A stretch of DNA of 64,000 nt, taken from Eledone cirrhosa. Its lineage: Eukaryota. The stretch covers positions 16,096 through 80,095 of the forward strand of contig CAXHJY010001599.1 of assembly GCA_964016885.1 (NCBI GenBank), given 5' to 3'. The notes beneath the pieces are model-generated. The model saw nothing but the letters and a program-made list of their open reading frames with translations, did no database searches and was not told the origin of the DNA. Both the position numbers and the translations under genes were made by a program. Numbering within the stretch: position 1 is the stretch's first letter; every line of letters starts with the position of its first letter. Positions 40,827 to 53,755 of the stretch are shown one piece after another.

Positions 40827-41810
40827 ACGAGGGTTGGCTAAATATGAAGGAGTGATGCTAGGGTTCTGAAATCTTACATGCATTAATTTCAACTCTTCTT
40901 ATTAATAACTACATTGTTTCGTTCCGGGTAACCTGATGTATAACTGTTCAAAGAAAACTTCAAAAGTAACTAGTAACGACGTCTCTTGAAAATGGATAAA
41001 ATTTGGCATCGTGATGTTATCAATTACCCTCAGAAAAAGAGTTTAGCTTGCCTCCAAAAACGTCCATGCTGACATGGTTGTTACATTAGAGGATGACGCT
41101 CCAGCTTTATCAACAGTGCAAAAGTGGGTGGCTGAGTTTAGAAGGAGTAGGGAGTGTCCTGAAGATGACCCCAGGTCTGGACGTCCTGTAACTGCCACCT
41201 CCGTGGAAAATATTGATTGTGTTCACCACTTAGTGATGGATGACAGGCGATTGACTAATAAATCAAATAGCCAATGCCATTAGCATATCCGGTGAGAGTG
41301 ATGAGAATATTCTGCACAATGAACTTGGCATGACGAAGGTTTCTGCTCGGTGACTATCACGTCTTCTGACACCTGATTAGGTTGATCATATCACGGGAAG
41401 ATCTGACATTGTTTGAGGTAGATGCGGCTGGTTTCCTTGAACGTTTTCAAACCCAGGCAGTGTTGGATTTATCACATTGATCCAGAGACAAAGAAACAAT
41501 CCATACAGTGGAAACACCCTCCTCGTCTGCTCCAAAGAAAGCCAAGGTTGTTTCATGTGCAGAGAAGGTATTGGCCTCAATTTTGAGGAATGGAAACGGT
41601 ATTGTGTATATTAACTATCTTCAAATGGGCCACACCAACAATATGACAACTATGATAACCTGCTGAAGCAGTTACGAAATGTTATTAAGACCAAACGCTC
41701 AGGAAAACTGACAAAAGGAGTCTTGTTTCATCCGGACACATCTCCTTGGTTTCAATGGCTGCTGTACTAGAGTGTGACTTTTTTTTATCACTCTCCCTAT
41801 TCTCTAGTCT
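40827..41810 (+). pseudogene. mariner transposon remnant with frameshifted transposase
   Basis: TA|CGAGGG terminus; ATG at 40992; motifs STVQKWVAEFRR...EDDPRSGRP, ILHNELGMTKVSAR, WIYHIDPETKKQS.QW, GVLFH, HSPYS. Confidence 0.88.
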
Positions 41811-42099
41811 AGGAGAAGCTGATAATGATTATAAACACTGCCCTTCCTGCCCTGATTGAACTGTAAAATGTAAAGCATTCAGTGAAATTTTGAATCAAAT
41901 TAATAATTAGTTTTTATGAAAGGTTGTATGTATAAACCTTTAATATAACACATAGAGTGAATGTTCAAATCTAGATAAGGTTAAGTATTGGTGTTTCACT
42001 TTACTAATTCTTATGGACGCACATTTCGATATACCCATATCTTATTGGAACAACTCATAGACATATTTATATTATCAGTGAACTTAAGTCAACATTAGT

Positions 42100-42589
42100 A
42101 TATTCAAATTATGTTTATTTTTCAACGTATGCTCCATTTAGGTCAATACACTTCTGCAAGCGTTCATACCAGCCTTTAAGTTCATCTGTGTAAAACTGAG
42201 TGTCATGCGATTTAAACCATGTCAAAGCAGCTTTTTTTTACATCATCAACTGGAGATCATCTTCAATCTCATCTCTTCCACTTCTAAAACGACTTATCCA
42301 TTTATAGGTTGTTGATTTCTTTGGGACACTGCCTCCATAAACTTGTTCCAGAGTGTCAATGATGTGGCTGCTCTTATGCCCAAGCTTCACCATGAATTTG
42401 ATGTTTTGATGGAGACCATGTTGCTCGAGCAAGTGGTGACTTCCGATTGGCATCACTGTGTTGTAACATGCATTTAAGGGTTCATGTTATGACACATTGG
42501 CATGAGAACGGACAGGTGCATTGAGATCAAAATCCCTGCATATGATTATTAGTTATATACTTTTTCCACGAACATTTTGGAGCCCCTTC

Positions 42590-42592
<3 letters not shown>
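42100..42592 (-). mobile_element. Internally deleted mariner (irritans/Hsmar2-like terminus)
   Basis: TA|CGAAGGGGCTCCAAAATGTTCGTGGAAAA; N-terminal NIKFMVKLG...YKWISRFRSGRDEIEDD fused to C-terminal KKAALTWFKS...WYERLQKCIDLNGAYVEK*. Confidence 0.85.
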
Positions 42593-42658
<66 letters not shown>

Positions 42659-42677
42659 TAGAAGGGCTATTTAATTG

Positions 42678-42741
42678 TATTTTATCTGATGAAAGCGTAC
42701 CAATGTTGTCTTGGTATCCTTGAAATATATATAATAAAATA
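42678..42741 (+). ncRNA. Minimal hammerhead ribozyme, family A (intact core) in a 130-bp island between (TA)n tracts
   Basis: TATTTTAT CTGATGA AAGCGTACCAA TGTTGTC TTGGTATCCTT GAAA TATATA TA ATAAAATA. Confidence 0.8.
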
Positions 42742-42780
42742 AATATGGTTTTATAAATATAGTTTCCATTTATTTAACAT

Positions 42781-42822
<42 letters not shown>

Positions 42823-42879
42823 TGCAAGCGAAATAAGACGACCTCGCAAGCGAAATAAGACGACCTCATCAACCTACTT

Positions 42880-43377
42880 TAGCCAAAACAGGTGCCATTG
42901 ATGACAACTTAGTGAGAGAACCTCCCGGGAAGGCAGAGAAATACGCAAACCCAAATATTTACAGGAGTACTACGTGGACTAGCAGGTCTTTTTGCCAGAA
43001 GAGAAGACTGTCGTGTATTTGTTCTCATACAGTATTGTCAGTTCTTGTGAGATTCGCTCGCGAAACAATATCGCATTGTTAAAGATTGAACAAAAGCTTT
43101 TACTATCGCAATCTATCGAGTCGTTTACGCGTTAACAATGGACGATTCGATAGAAAACCACTTGATTCCAGATGAAATGAAATAGTAATATCATCAGCAA
43201 ATACTTTGGGAAAGAAGCCAGTTTCTAGTCAATGTAATGTTTGGGGAATTCATAATAAACTAGCGACTCTATGAGAATTTGTTTTGATACTAGTATTTAC
43301 AAAGCAGAAACAGATTTTAAAAAATTACAACATTGTGTTTATTGAATTGTTCCTATAAAATCAATAAAGCAACAACA
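42880..43377 (+). mobile_element. Possible LTR-retrotransposon 3' end (integrase tail, polypurine tract, LTR)
   Basis: REIRKPKYLQEYYVD*, then purine tract AGAAGAGAAGAC, TGT at 43009, AATAAA, and CAACA ends at 43332 or 43377. Confidence 0.4.
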
Positions 43378-44094
43378 GGAACGACGAATCAAATATGTGG
43401 ACATAAGCAAAGAAACATTCAAAATAGATGCCTTACATATTACATTAATTGAGAAGAAATTACTGAAAATTATAACACATTTCGTTTACATAACTAATTT
43501 GAAAAGATTTGTTCATTTGTATTAAACATTTGATCAGTTCGAAAAATTTTTTTTTCCTTTTTTGATTTGAATCTCAATTTTTACCCATTCTTTCTTTTAA
43601 AAAACTGACAATGATGAGGAGGATGAGGAGGAGAAGGAGGAGAAAGCAAAGGCGAATAGAAAAATGGCGGTGATGGTTATTCACAGTTAAACTAGCCGAG
43701 TCAACTAGTAAAAAGATTTCAGTTTTAACCGTCTTTATTTGCTATTAATAAACAAATCGATTATTTGTAATGTCCACATTCTACAACATAATGGCTGCGA
43801 AAGATGCGATTAAAAAGGATTTTCCGATAACAAAATGTCGAAGTTTGTTGTCTTCGTAAATGATTAATTTATCTAGTAATCAGCTGAGTAAGTAATAATA
43901 TATTCGGCCACATATATTGTGATGGATGGAACGTTATCAAAACACACAGACACTACAATAACATTCTAATAACTGACGCCAACGTTCTCTTGCTGGATTT
44001 TGTAATCTTTTACATCAGCTCGTTCTTTTGTCGAATCCTAATTATTTATACTGAGACATTTATGAATCACAAGTGTACCCAAAGTCGGTGACGG

Positions 44095-44280
44095 CAGGTT
44101 GATGTTGTGGTTGTCGTGGTTGTTGCTGCCGTTGTCGTCGTTGTTGCTGCCGTTGTCGTCGTTGTTGCTGCCGTTGTTGTCGTTGTTGCTGCCGTTGTTG
44201 TCGTTGTTGCTGTCGTTGTCGTGGTTGTAGTTGTCGTTGTCGTTGTCGTGGTTGTTGTTGTCCTCGTTGTAGTTGTTTCG
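44095..44280. repeat. (GTT/GTC) triplet-derived 21-bp minisatellite
   Basis: GTTGTTGCTGCCGTTGTCGTC repeats. Confidence 0.9.
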
Positions 44281-44765
44281 TCATAGATCAAGCTGAATAG
44301 ACAAAACCAATCATCAAAGACATTCCAGCTGTGGCAATCCCATCGTCTGCCTTTTTTATTTATTTTTTTATTTAATGTTTTCAGATAGCATGTATCTATG
44401 ACAACAATATTCATTGTAGCTTTTCTTTTCTAAGACGATAAGGTGTTAATTGAGGGCAATTTGGCTACTATTACGAATAGTTCGAACAATCATATCATAT
44501 ATAAGCGCTTCGTTGACTTGTAAATAGATTGATTCCCTTGCTAACCCGAAAAACCTCCCTTGTTGATAGGTTTTATAACAAGGTATGTTGTGAAGTAATG
44601 CTACTGAGAAACTTGATCTCCAGCTTTTAACTTCATCATGTATACATTTCTACTAATAGAACGTTGCGGCAATGTTGCGGCTTTGTGCCTAAATCAAAAA
44701 ACATTTTAATCGACTTTCCCCTCCCCCAAAATTGTTGCCCTTGTGCCTAAATCAGAAACCATTAT

Positions 44766-44945
44766 TGGCAGTATCAGTAGAGGGTCGGATGCTATGCTTT
44801 GCAGCAAAGAGTTACGGCCCTTTATGGTCTGAGTTCAAATCCCGCCGAGGTTAACTTTGCCTGTCATCCTTACGGGGTCGATAAAATAAAGTACCAGTAA
44901 TACACTGGGATAATTGCTGGCCTTGTGCGAAAAGTAGAAACAATT
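44766..44945 (+). mobile_element. SINE with (ATT)n tail, preceded by an older SINE tail (44700-44765)
   Basis: Consensus match. Confidence 0.9.
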
Positions 44946-44966
44946 ATTATTATTATTATTATTATT

Positions 44967-45270
44967 GTTCTTTCAGTCTCAGTCATTGATGTTATTTAAC
45001 TGGAAAGTTTGTTGAAATGAATATCAAGCCGCTACCTGCAGCCTCAGATATTCAGGACGTATCGTAGGATTCTTGCTGTTCCCAGCAAGCATGCATTTTA
45101 AAGTGTTCCAAAAAGCGGAGCTGGACTAATCTTCTTTAACCATCCTTGGAAACTCTTTGAGATAGTACCTAGTGCGCCTATGACAATCGGGACGACCTTG
45201 ATTTCATGGCAGTTCCAAATCCTTTTTAACGCCCACTTTAAGTCCTGGTATCGGTTAATTTTCTCCCTCT
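44967..45270 (-). pseudogene. 5'-truncated R4/Dong-type endonuclease C-terminus and 3' UTR ending in (TAA)n
   Basis: Minus strand: EKINRYQDLKWALKRIWNCHEIKVVPIVIGALGTISKSFQGWLKKI...L*NACLLGTARILR. Confidence 0.85.
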
Positions 45271-45832
45271 CCTATTATTTTAAGCACTTAATTAAAATCC
45301 TACAGAAATTGACGTTGTCATTTATCCGAGGTTGATAAAATAACTACCAGTCAAGTATTGTTCTCGATATAATCAACTGGTCCCTTCCCCTCGTTTCCCA
45401 CATATCTGAAACATATATGTGCTGTTCTCTATTAGTCGGTTGTAATTTTAATTCCTCATTAGAAACTACATATGCTGGAAGTCAATCAGGAGTGACGTTT
45501 TAAAAGTAGCAGTTAATCTGTTTGCTCGAATCAGAGAACATAAAAGCATACTTCTTTAATATCTGTGGTTCTGGGACTTTGCTAGATTGTATTGGCAACA
45601 ACGAATATTATTTCAGCTAAATGTATTTTTTATTATTATAATTATATTTATTTAAACGCATCTGCAAGCGAAGTTGGTAAGAGATTTTGACAAAAGACAG
45701 CATGTCATTTATATGCGCGTCAAAGAATTAAACCAAAGTTTTATATACACATAAGGATGTGATACTTATACACAGGTATATGCGATATGTATATGTGGTC
45801 GTGTGTGTTCCTATATATATATATACACAGAG

Positions 45833-46034
<202 letters not shown>

Positions 46035-46118
46035 AGGTAATGAATTCTTTTACAATGGAATCAGCTCGAATGAGGAAAAAATATATATCCCATGAGCAGT
46101 TTCATCACATACATATTA

Positions 46119-46168
<50 letters not shown>

Positions 46169-46175
<7 letters not shown>

Positions 46176-46500
46176 ATCAAAAGATGGTTAAAGGAGTTCC
46201 ATATATTTTATTATGCGCATTTCAAAAACAAACATCATCATGCAATAATATTTGTGTTTTCATCAGATAAAACAGGAGAACATGATATGAAGGCTAAAAA
46301 ACACTTGTGGATAGTGCAGTTTTAAATCAACATATATGTTGATTTAAAACTGCACTATCCACAAGTGTTTTTTAGCCTTCATATCATGTTCTCCTGTTTT
46401 ATTTGATGAAAACACAAATATTATTGCATGATGATGTTTGTTTTTGAAATGCGCATAATAAAATATATGGAACTCCTTTAACCATCTTTTGATCTTATAT
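46169..46500. repeat. 332-bp palindrome (1 mismatch) carrying two divergent hammerheads (46204-46274 minus; 46395-46465 plus)
   Basis: Centre CATATATG at 46331-46338; each arm reads TGTTTTAT (C/T)TGATGA-stem II-GAAA TGCGCA TA ATAAAATA. Confidence 0.9.
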
Positions 46501-46586
46501 TATGCATACTCCAGTCCTACAAACTGTAGAGTGCTTCTTATCCGATATCTGCATTGCTTTATTGTACTACAATAAAACTCACCTCC

Positions 46587-46646
<60 letters not shown>

Positions 46647-46655
46647 CGTATGTAA

Positions 46656-46689
<34 letters not shown>

Positions 46690-46693
<4 letters not shown>

Positions 46694-46845
46694 AGATTCT
46701 AGCTGAGTTCGGATCTAACTGTCAAAATGGCCGGAGCTCAGCCGTCAGGGTCCAGAATCTTTTCATATTACCCACCCTACTACCCTAAGTATTGAGTACT
46801 CTGGTGCGTTATGGTCCACCTGGTATCTTACCACACCCTCTTTGT
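46690..46845 (+). mobile_element. Diverged fold-back element, copy g
   Basis: GAGCTCAGCCGTCAGGGTC...TATTACCCACCCTACTACCCTAAGTATTGAGTACTCTGGTGCGTTATGGTCCACCTGG. Confidence 0.75.
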
Positions 46846-46925
46846 TATAGCATGAAACTAATAATAATATCATTTGTACTGCCTCTTCGTTTTTCTGCTT
46901 TTTGTTCTCTGTTTACTTTTTTAAA

Positions 46926-46959
<34 letters not shown>

Positions 46960-48177
46960 TTAAAAAAATATAGTTTTAAAAAAAAGTATATATATATATA
47001 TACACGAATGTAGAAGTTAATAAAATGATTTGAAGTGTTATTTTTCATTTTTCACCCAAATTAAAATTATTATGGTTTGTATTTTTTCATAAGCGATTAA
47101 TACATTGAGCGATTCCGCCCAGGTCACAGACTTATTTGGCCTATTCTTACTGCACAACCTACATAGGGCCTTCCTTTTCTCAAACGGTGATTTGTATAAT
47201 GATGATGCTCTCTTCACATTTAACTGCAATAATAGTAACATTGAAAGAACGAAAAGACATTTATAGGTTTTTTTAAAGATAATGGCTTAAGTATTAGGAT
47301 AGATATAAATAATAAAGTAGTTAACTTCCTAGTTGCTACCTTTGAACTATATACTGGGCTTTATAAAGCTTACCATTAACTAGGTGAGCACCTTTTCTAT
47401 GTAAATAACCTTTCAAACCACTCTAAATCAATACGTAAGTCTATAGTAAAACATGTACCTAATAGAATGTCTAGACTGTCCTCCATTAGAGTTATATTTA
47501 ACCAAAATACAAAATATTACATTGAAGCATTAACTAGATCAATTTATAATGGAGAAATCCAATACAACAGATAAAAATAACTGTAGTAGGAACTCAAACA
47601 TAATTACTCACAGTAGCATATTACGCAAATCTAAATATAACCTTGATAGTTTACATAGCTTCAAACAAGGACCCCATCGAAAATATTAAATGCATTCGTA
47701 CCTTCGGTGTAGTTATCTCTTTAAATGTGCAGCCAAGAGCTTACAAGCAGAGTACAATGGACCTCACTATTAGCAATGGAACATGAATTATAACCCATTG
47801 GAAACAACGTGTCTGTTAAAACCTAGAGCATAGCTCACAAATCTGGACTCCTAGTAGTCCGTGCCTAACAAAACGATCAACTAAATACTTGAATTACTAG
47901 TAATGTCTTCATACGTCACGTTTCAATTCTCTAGAACTCTAGCCGAAACATTATGAAATGATCTTCATGATCTTACTACAAAATGAGAAAAACGAATCGG
48001 ATGTACCATCAGACACTAGAACTTCTTATTTCACTCTCTCATATAAAAAATATATACTGCAATAATTTGGCCTTTAAAATCCACACTAACTATTTTTCAA
48101 AAGGCTAATAAATTATCCAAAGATTACTATAAAGCTTTTAAATAATTTTAGATGCACTAAAGCAGTCAGTACTTTCT

Positions 48178-48744
48178 AAAATACTGGATCCGCCATATAC
48201 AAATACTGGATCCGCCAGATACAAATACTGGATCCGCCAGATACAAATACTGATCCGCCATATACAAATACTGATCCGCCATATACAAATACTGATCTTC
48301 CATATACAAATACTGATCTGCCATATACAAATACTGACCCACCATATACAAATACTGATCTGCCATATACAAATACTGATCTGCCATATACAAATACTGA
48401 TCTGCCATATACAAATACTGATCCGCCATATACAAATACTGACCCACCATATACAAATACTGATCTGCCATATACAAATACTGATCTGCATATACAAATA
48501 CTGATCCGCCATATACAAATACTGATCCACTATATACAAATACTGATCTGCCATATACAAATACTGACCCACCATATACAAATACTGATCTGCCATATAC
48601 AAATACTGATCTGCCATATACAAATACTGATCCGCCATATACAAATACTGATCCACCATATACAAATACTGATCCACCATATACAAATACTGATCTGCCA
48701 TATACAAATACTGATCTGCCATATACAAATACTGGATCCGGCAT
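48178..48744. repeat. 21-bp minisatellite, about 27 units
   Basis: Unit CCATATACAAATACTGATC(T/C)G with no spacers. Confidence 0.95.
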
Positions 48745-49829
48745 AACTAATGTAGGGCAGCATCCATTGTTTTGTTACTATACTAACCAGCAATATTAAT
48801 TATGATAGAGCCTTGATCTAATGATATATACTACAAAAATATCACCAATAGTATTAAACTGTTGTCATTAAAAGCGTTGTCATCAAGCATAATCATATCT
48901 GTAATGACTAGAATGAATTTAATAACTAACAAAAGGAACAACTTATCAAATATTACGAAAATCTCATTGATACTCTGTTACAATATAATCTAATGTACGA
49001 ATGTACGGGCTTTAAAAAACTAAGGATGATTTTTCAAACAATGCTACTAATTGATAGTAAAGATATTTCTTGATTCCTTGACACCTTATAACGCTTTTTT
49101 TGCTGTTACTTTTGCTGCCCATGTCTTCCCCAGCACATCATGTAAAGAAACAACAATAATCTCACTTCCCATTAAGTTTTCTTTCAGTATTTACAACCTG
49201 AAGATATTTTTCTGACCTAACCAGCATGAAATTCTACTGGTCAGTGATGGATTCGACCAAACAGAAGAGATGGCTCAATCATGCATGTAAATTATTCTTC
49301 CTACTTCATTGATTAAATAATACATGCTTCTTTGATTTCATGATTAATGTTGAGAGGTGGCAGTGGATAAAGGATAGTATTGGACTGGACTGATATGCAT
49401 AGTTGTAGTTTTGTATACAGTCAATAATTTGGTGATGTGACACAGATAAAGTGATCAGCAACATAAGCTTTATTTTCTTTACAACCGAACCTCAAACTCA
49501 GATTAATGAAAAATAATTAGACTATGCCACACAAAAATGAAATGAAGGAATGTCAAATAGAATAGGAATTTGGATATGATTAGCATATAATTGTCTTTGA
49601 TATCTCTACTGAAACTATTCTTTATCTTGAACTAAGATCATACAAACAATGAAAACTTCAACAAACAAAGGACCCTTTACGCAGGCGCTCGACTTGCTGG
49701 AAATAGTAAATACATTTCATTTAAATCACACCCTTCAGCATTGGATAAGGAAAGATAAACTGGACATTGGGATGGTCAAAGCCGGAACGCCTTTGATAAT
49801 AAGCTCGTTTAATGAAGGATGTTCTAGGC

Positions 49830-49997
49830 CAGGGTTTCCTAAACCTTTTCAAATGCTGAACCCTTTTTGGTTTAGAAACCTGTGGGGGGAACCCCAAAAT
49901 CTAATACTGTTATATGGTCGTAATATAAATATAGTCCTCTACCTTTTTTCATAGAACCTCAGACACTCCTTTGCAGAACCAAATTTGGGAACCACTG
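49830..49997. mobile_element. hAT-like MITE
   Basis: CAGGGTTTCCTAAAC / TTTGGGAACCACTG termini; internal GAACCC repeats. Confidence 0.65.
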
Positions 49998-50547
49998 TTT
50001 TAAGTTAAACAGCAACACTTAATTTCTTTTTTCTTTTTTACGAAACAAATTTAAACATATCTGACAGCTGTTTCAAGAAAATACAATAGAATTTAGTCGA
50101 TTTTAAAGGTTAAATATTAACATGTAATAATTCAACCTCTTCCTTAGTAGTTGACGACAATACATTGTGTTAAATAAATAATAGAAATGTTTTTTTGGTT
50201 TAGAAAAACTTTTAACAATGTCTCAATTTCAGAAATGACCTTAAATCTCCAACTATTGATTATCTGTCATATAATTCTAAATATTTTCGAAAAACAAAGC
50301 ATTTGAAATCGATATAATATTTGATCATCCGCTGTTTTAATCTATTGATTTCGCTTTTTTTCCTTACATGATATTTCTCAATATATTTTTATATTTCCTC
50401 TGTTCCTCATATCCATATAGTATCATCATCATCATCAACAATATTCTCATCCTCCTCTCAAACCTGTACCACGATTCCTCATCTTTTCATCTTCTTCTTC
50501 TTCCTCCTCACCACCAACATCATCCCTATCATCATCATCATCATCAT

Positions 50548-50725
50548 TTGGCAGTATCGGTAGAGGGCGCCATGCTTTGAAGCATAGAGTTACATCCCTT
50601 TATGATCTGAGTTCAAATCCCGCCGAGGTTAACTTTGCCTTTCATCCTTACGGGGTCGATAAAATAAAGTACCAGTAATGCACTGGGATAATTGCTGGCC
50701 TTGTGCCAAAAGTAGAAACAATTAT
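50548..50725 (+). mobile_element. SINE
   Basis: Consensus match. Confidence 0.9.
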
Positions 50726-51598
50726 AAATATTTTTCTCCTTTCATTCATTTCTTCTTCTTTTTCCCGTTTCTGTTCTTTCTCTTATTTGTTTTAGCCTTT
50801 CTTTTTCTTTCTTTCCTCGCCATTTCGATATTTTAATAATGGTCACACAAACACGTGTGCGCGCGCTCATGCTTAGACAAATATATAAGCGTACGTGCGT
50901 ACACATTAAACATACGTACACATACTAACTCTATCTGCGTACACAGTAAACATACTTACACATACTAACTCTACCTGCGACACTTCTCTTTCTCGTATCA
51001 TTGTTCTCGAGAAAATAACTCCCAAAGATCAGCCGTACTCTATAAATATTTCTGGCTGAAATGACCTTCTCACACTGAATAAACTTTCGAGACTAATAGC
51101 TCTGCCACTACTTGCTGGGATACGAACTGTAAAATTTCTTTTCTTTTCTCCTCTTATAGGCTTTCCACCACCGAAAAGATCATGATGTAAGATTACAAGC
51201 CTGATTAAGTACCATAGACTTTCAAACTATATATCCATCTGATTCATACATTATAATATAACCTATACGCTTGACTTCCATTGCAGGATATGATTATGAT
51301 GTTAATTTAGTAGTCCGAGGATAAGCTCGCATCCTTGTAAATGGATCTTACTCTATCTCTAGAGATGAGACATTGTGTTTATTCGCTTGGATAAGGAGAG
51401 GATATGTCATGTATCACTTTTGTTAAAGGCTATTCTACACGTGCACCGGTGTTAAGAACTTTCACGACACGAAAATTTCAAAGTAAATAAAATGAGAGTC
51501 ACTACTAAGACAATAGCAATGTGAGTGAGTGTATACGTGTTTGTGTCATTTTAAAGTAGATATATATAGTCATGCGCACAGAAATGTACAAATGCATA

Positions 51599-51641
<43 letters not shown>

Positions 51642-51679
51642 TTAAAAATGACAAACAAATATACACTTTTCTCACATTG

Positions 51680-51735
<56 letters not shown>

Positions 51736-51818
51736 CAATGTGAGTAGAGTGTATACGTGTTTGTATCATTTTTAAGTAGATATATATAGTCACGCGCACA
51801 GAAATGCACAAGTGCATA

Positions 51819-51895
<77 letters not shown>

Positions 51896-52002
51896 GTATA
51901 TATATATATATGGATTGTAATGTTCAGTTACTGAAGGTGCACCAGAGTGAGCACTCGATGCGTAGTTTCCAGTAAGTATAGAGGCGTAGTACTAAGCAGA
52001 GT

Positions 52003-52037
<35 letters not shown>

Positions 52038-52060
52038 TATAATAATAATAATAATGATAA

Positions 52061-52460
52061 TGGTTTCTTTATTGGCCACAAGGGAAAAACATTACAAACG
52101 GCACAGAACGGTACAGGACCATACAAAGTCGGTTTTGGTCGTGTAAAAAAAGGTTATAACAAAAAAAAAGGTGTAGAAAGAAATTTTAAAAATTTCAAAC
52201 AACAAAAATTATCCAATAGAGGGGAAACCTCCGAGGGTCACTCGCGGCAAAAACCACACAAAAGACCACGGTCACCCTGACCACCAGGGCAAGCGCCCTC
52301 TCTCAGTTCTCCCACTCCTCAGTCCACGTGCTTAGAGCGGGCCTGTTCAGTCGGACCAGACATGCCACTTTCACCCACCTTTCAACAAACTTACTAGAAG
52401 ACAGCACTTGCCTCTCCTCCCTGATTTTCCTCTTCAAGTGAAATTTGAAAACGTTAATCG
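52061..52460 (-). pseudogene. Tx1/L1-clade LINE 3' end inserted at (TAA)n
   Basis: ORF end FKFHLKRKIREERQVLSSSKFVERWVKVACLV (F...W motif of L1/Tx1 ORF2 ends), 3' UTR ending CCCTTGTGGCCAATAAAGAAACC(ATT)n. Confidence 0.6.
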
Positions 52461-52532
52461 GGATTCGCTGGAGAGGAAAGTGTCCAATAATAAGGACGAT
52501 TTGGTATGTCTTCATTACGTTTATTGAGTAGT

Positions 52533-52560
52533 GACGCGCGTTTCGCTGTTGGTCAGCTCA
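52533..52560 (-). ncRNA. 5'-truncated hammerhead motif
   Basis: Minus strand: TGA GCTG ACCAA CAGC GAAA CGCGCG TC followed by AATAAA; CUGA missing. Confidence 0.55.
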
Positions 52561-53755
52561 AGGTTCGACATGTATCGATCAGGCCCGACTCTGGAATCAA
52601 AAGCTCGTCGGACTTTGATTCCAGGGTCGGGCCAGATCGATACAATTCGAACATTGATATATATCTATATATATCCGTATGTGGTTGGAGGCTGACAGAA
52701 AGGAGTACTCAATACCGAAGTAGAGTTTTAATATTCATTTTATTAAGGCTGAATAGTGAGTCTTTTTACTCTGGAGTTTCGCCTATTTATGATAAATAAG
52801 CGAGACTGCATAAATCACTGATGGGTTATTTTTTTAAGAAGGCACCACCAACGAAACTTCGAATTCACTGTCAACGAACTTATACCACACACACACGCAC
52901 ACACACACACACACACACTGGTTTCAAATCCCATTAATGGTCTCGGTTATTAGATTCCCTGCAGAAGTCTAAGTCCACATTTCTCTGCTTAAATACAGTA
53001 TGCTAATGGTCAACTGATAGAGGAAATGAAACTCTTCGTGGAAATTGAAAGCACTTCATTTAGAGATTAAAGAACCAAAAGGAGTTGTGTGAGTTGAAAT
53101 TGTTGGTCGATATCAGAAGCGATAAAAATGATCCAAGGGCCTAACGCAACTGCATGGTACATTTTGTGAAAGAATAGAAACCAGAATTGATGGTAGAGCG
53201 TTACACACTTTTGGATCAATTTCAAAACGTTTTCAATATTTATATAATCATGAGCTCAAACTACAAAAATGCGAATAACCTTTTAATGTGATGGCTGTTG
53301 AAGCTTTTGATTTCTCGCTACTCGAGTTGATTCGTTTACTGCCAGATAATCCTTTGATATCCTAATTTAATAATCTGTCTATTTTAGAATTTTCCAACGG
53401 TTATGACGAGATTGGAAGTTTCTACCATTTATTGATTTTAACAGTTTTTCGCAATATGAAATTTACCCAATAACCCTTCATGCTAGATTCACAGATAATA
53501 TTCTTACAAATCAACTAAGATTTGCCAAATCATCACTTTCTTAAAACAACGATCTGCTTTCAAAAGAAAAGCCGAACCAATCTTCTCCTTAAGATGCATA
53601 CTTGGTATGATCACAAGCATACTATGAATTTGTCAAATTAAATATTCATTAATTTTCCCATCACAAATGCATTTTCATATGTTCCTGTGCATGTTCAATT
53701 CTCCATGTCACTAAAAAGCTTCCCTAGCTCTGTATTAGATATACACTCTCAGATA

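Noticed and set aside
42824-42867. Exact 22-bp tandem duplication GCAAGCGAAATAAGACGACCTC
   Set aside because: Only two units; ordinary local slippage
48178-48744. CRISPR-like array
   Set aside because: Contiguous tandem units without unique spacers, no cas genes, eukaryotic context
49080-49300. Possible host exon after a TTTTCTTTCAG acceptor (also about 57020)
   Set aside because: Early stops or no recognisable peptide; cannot be supported without transcripts
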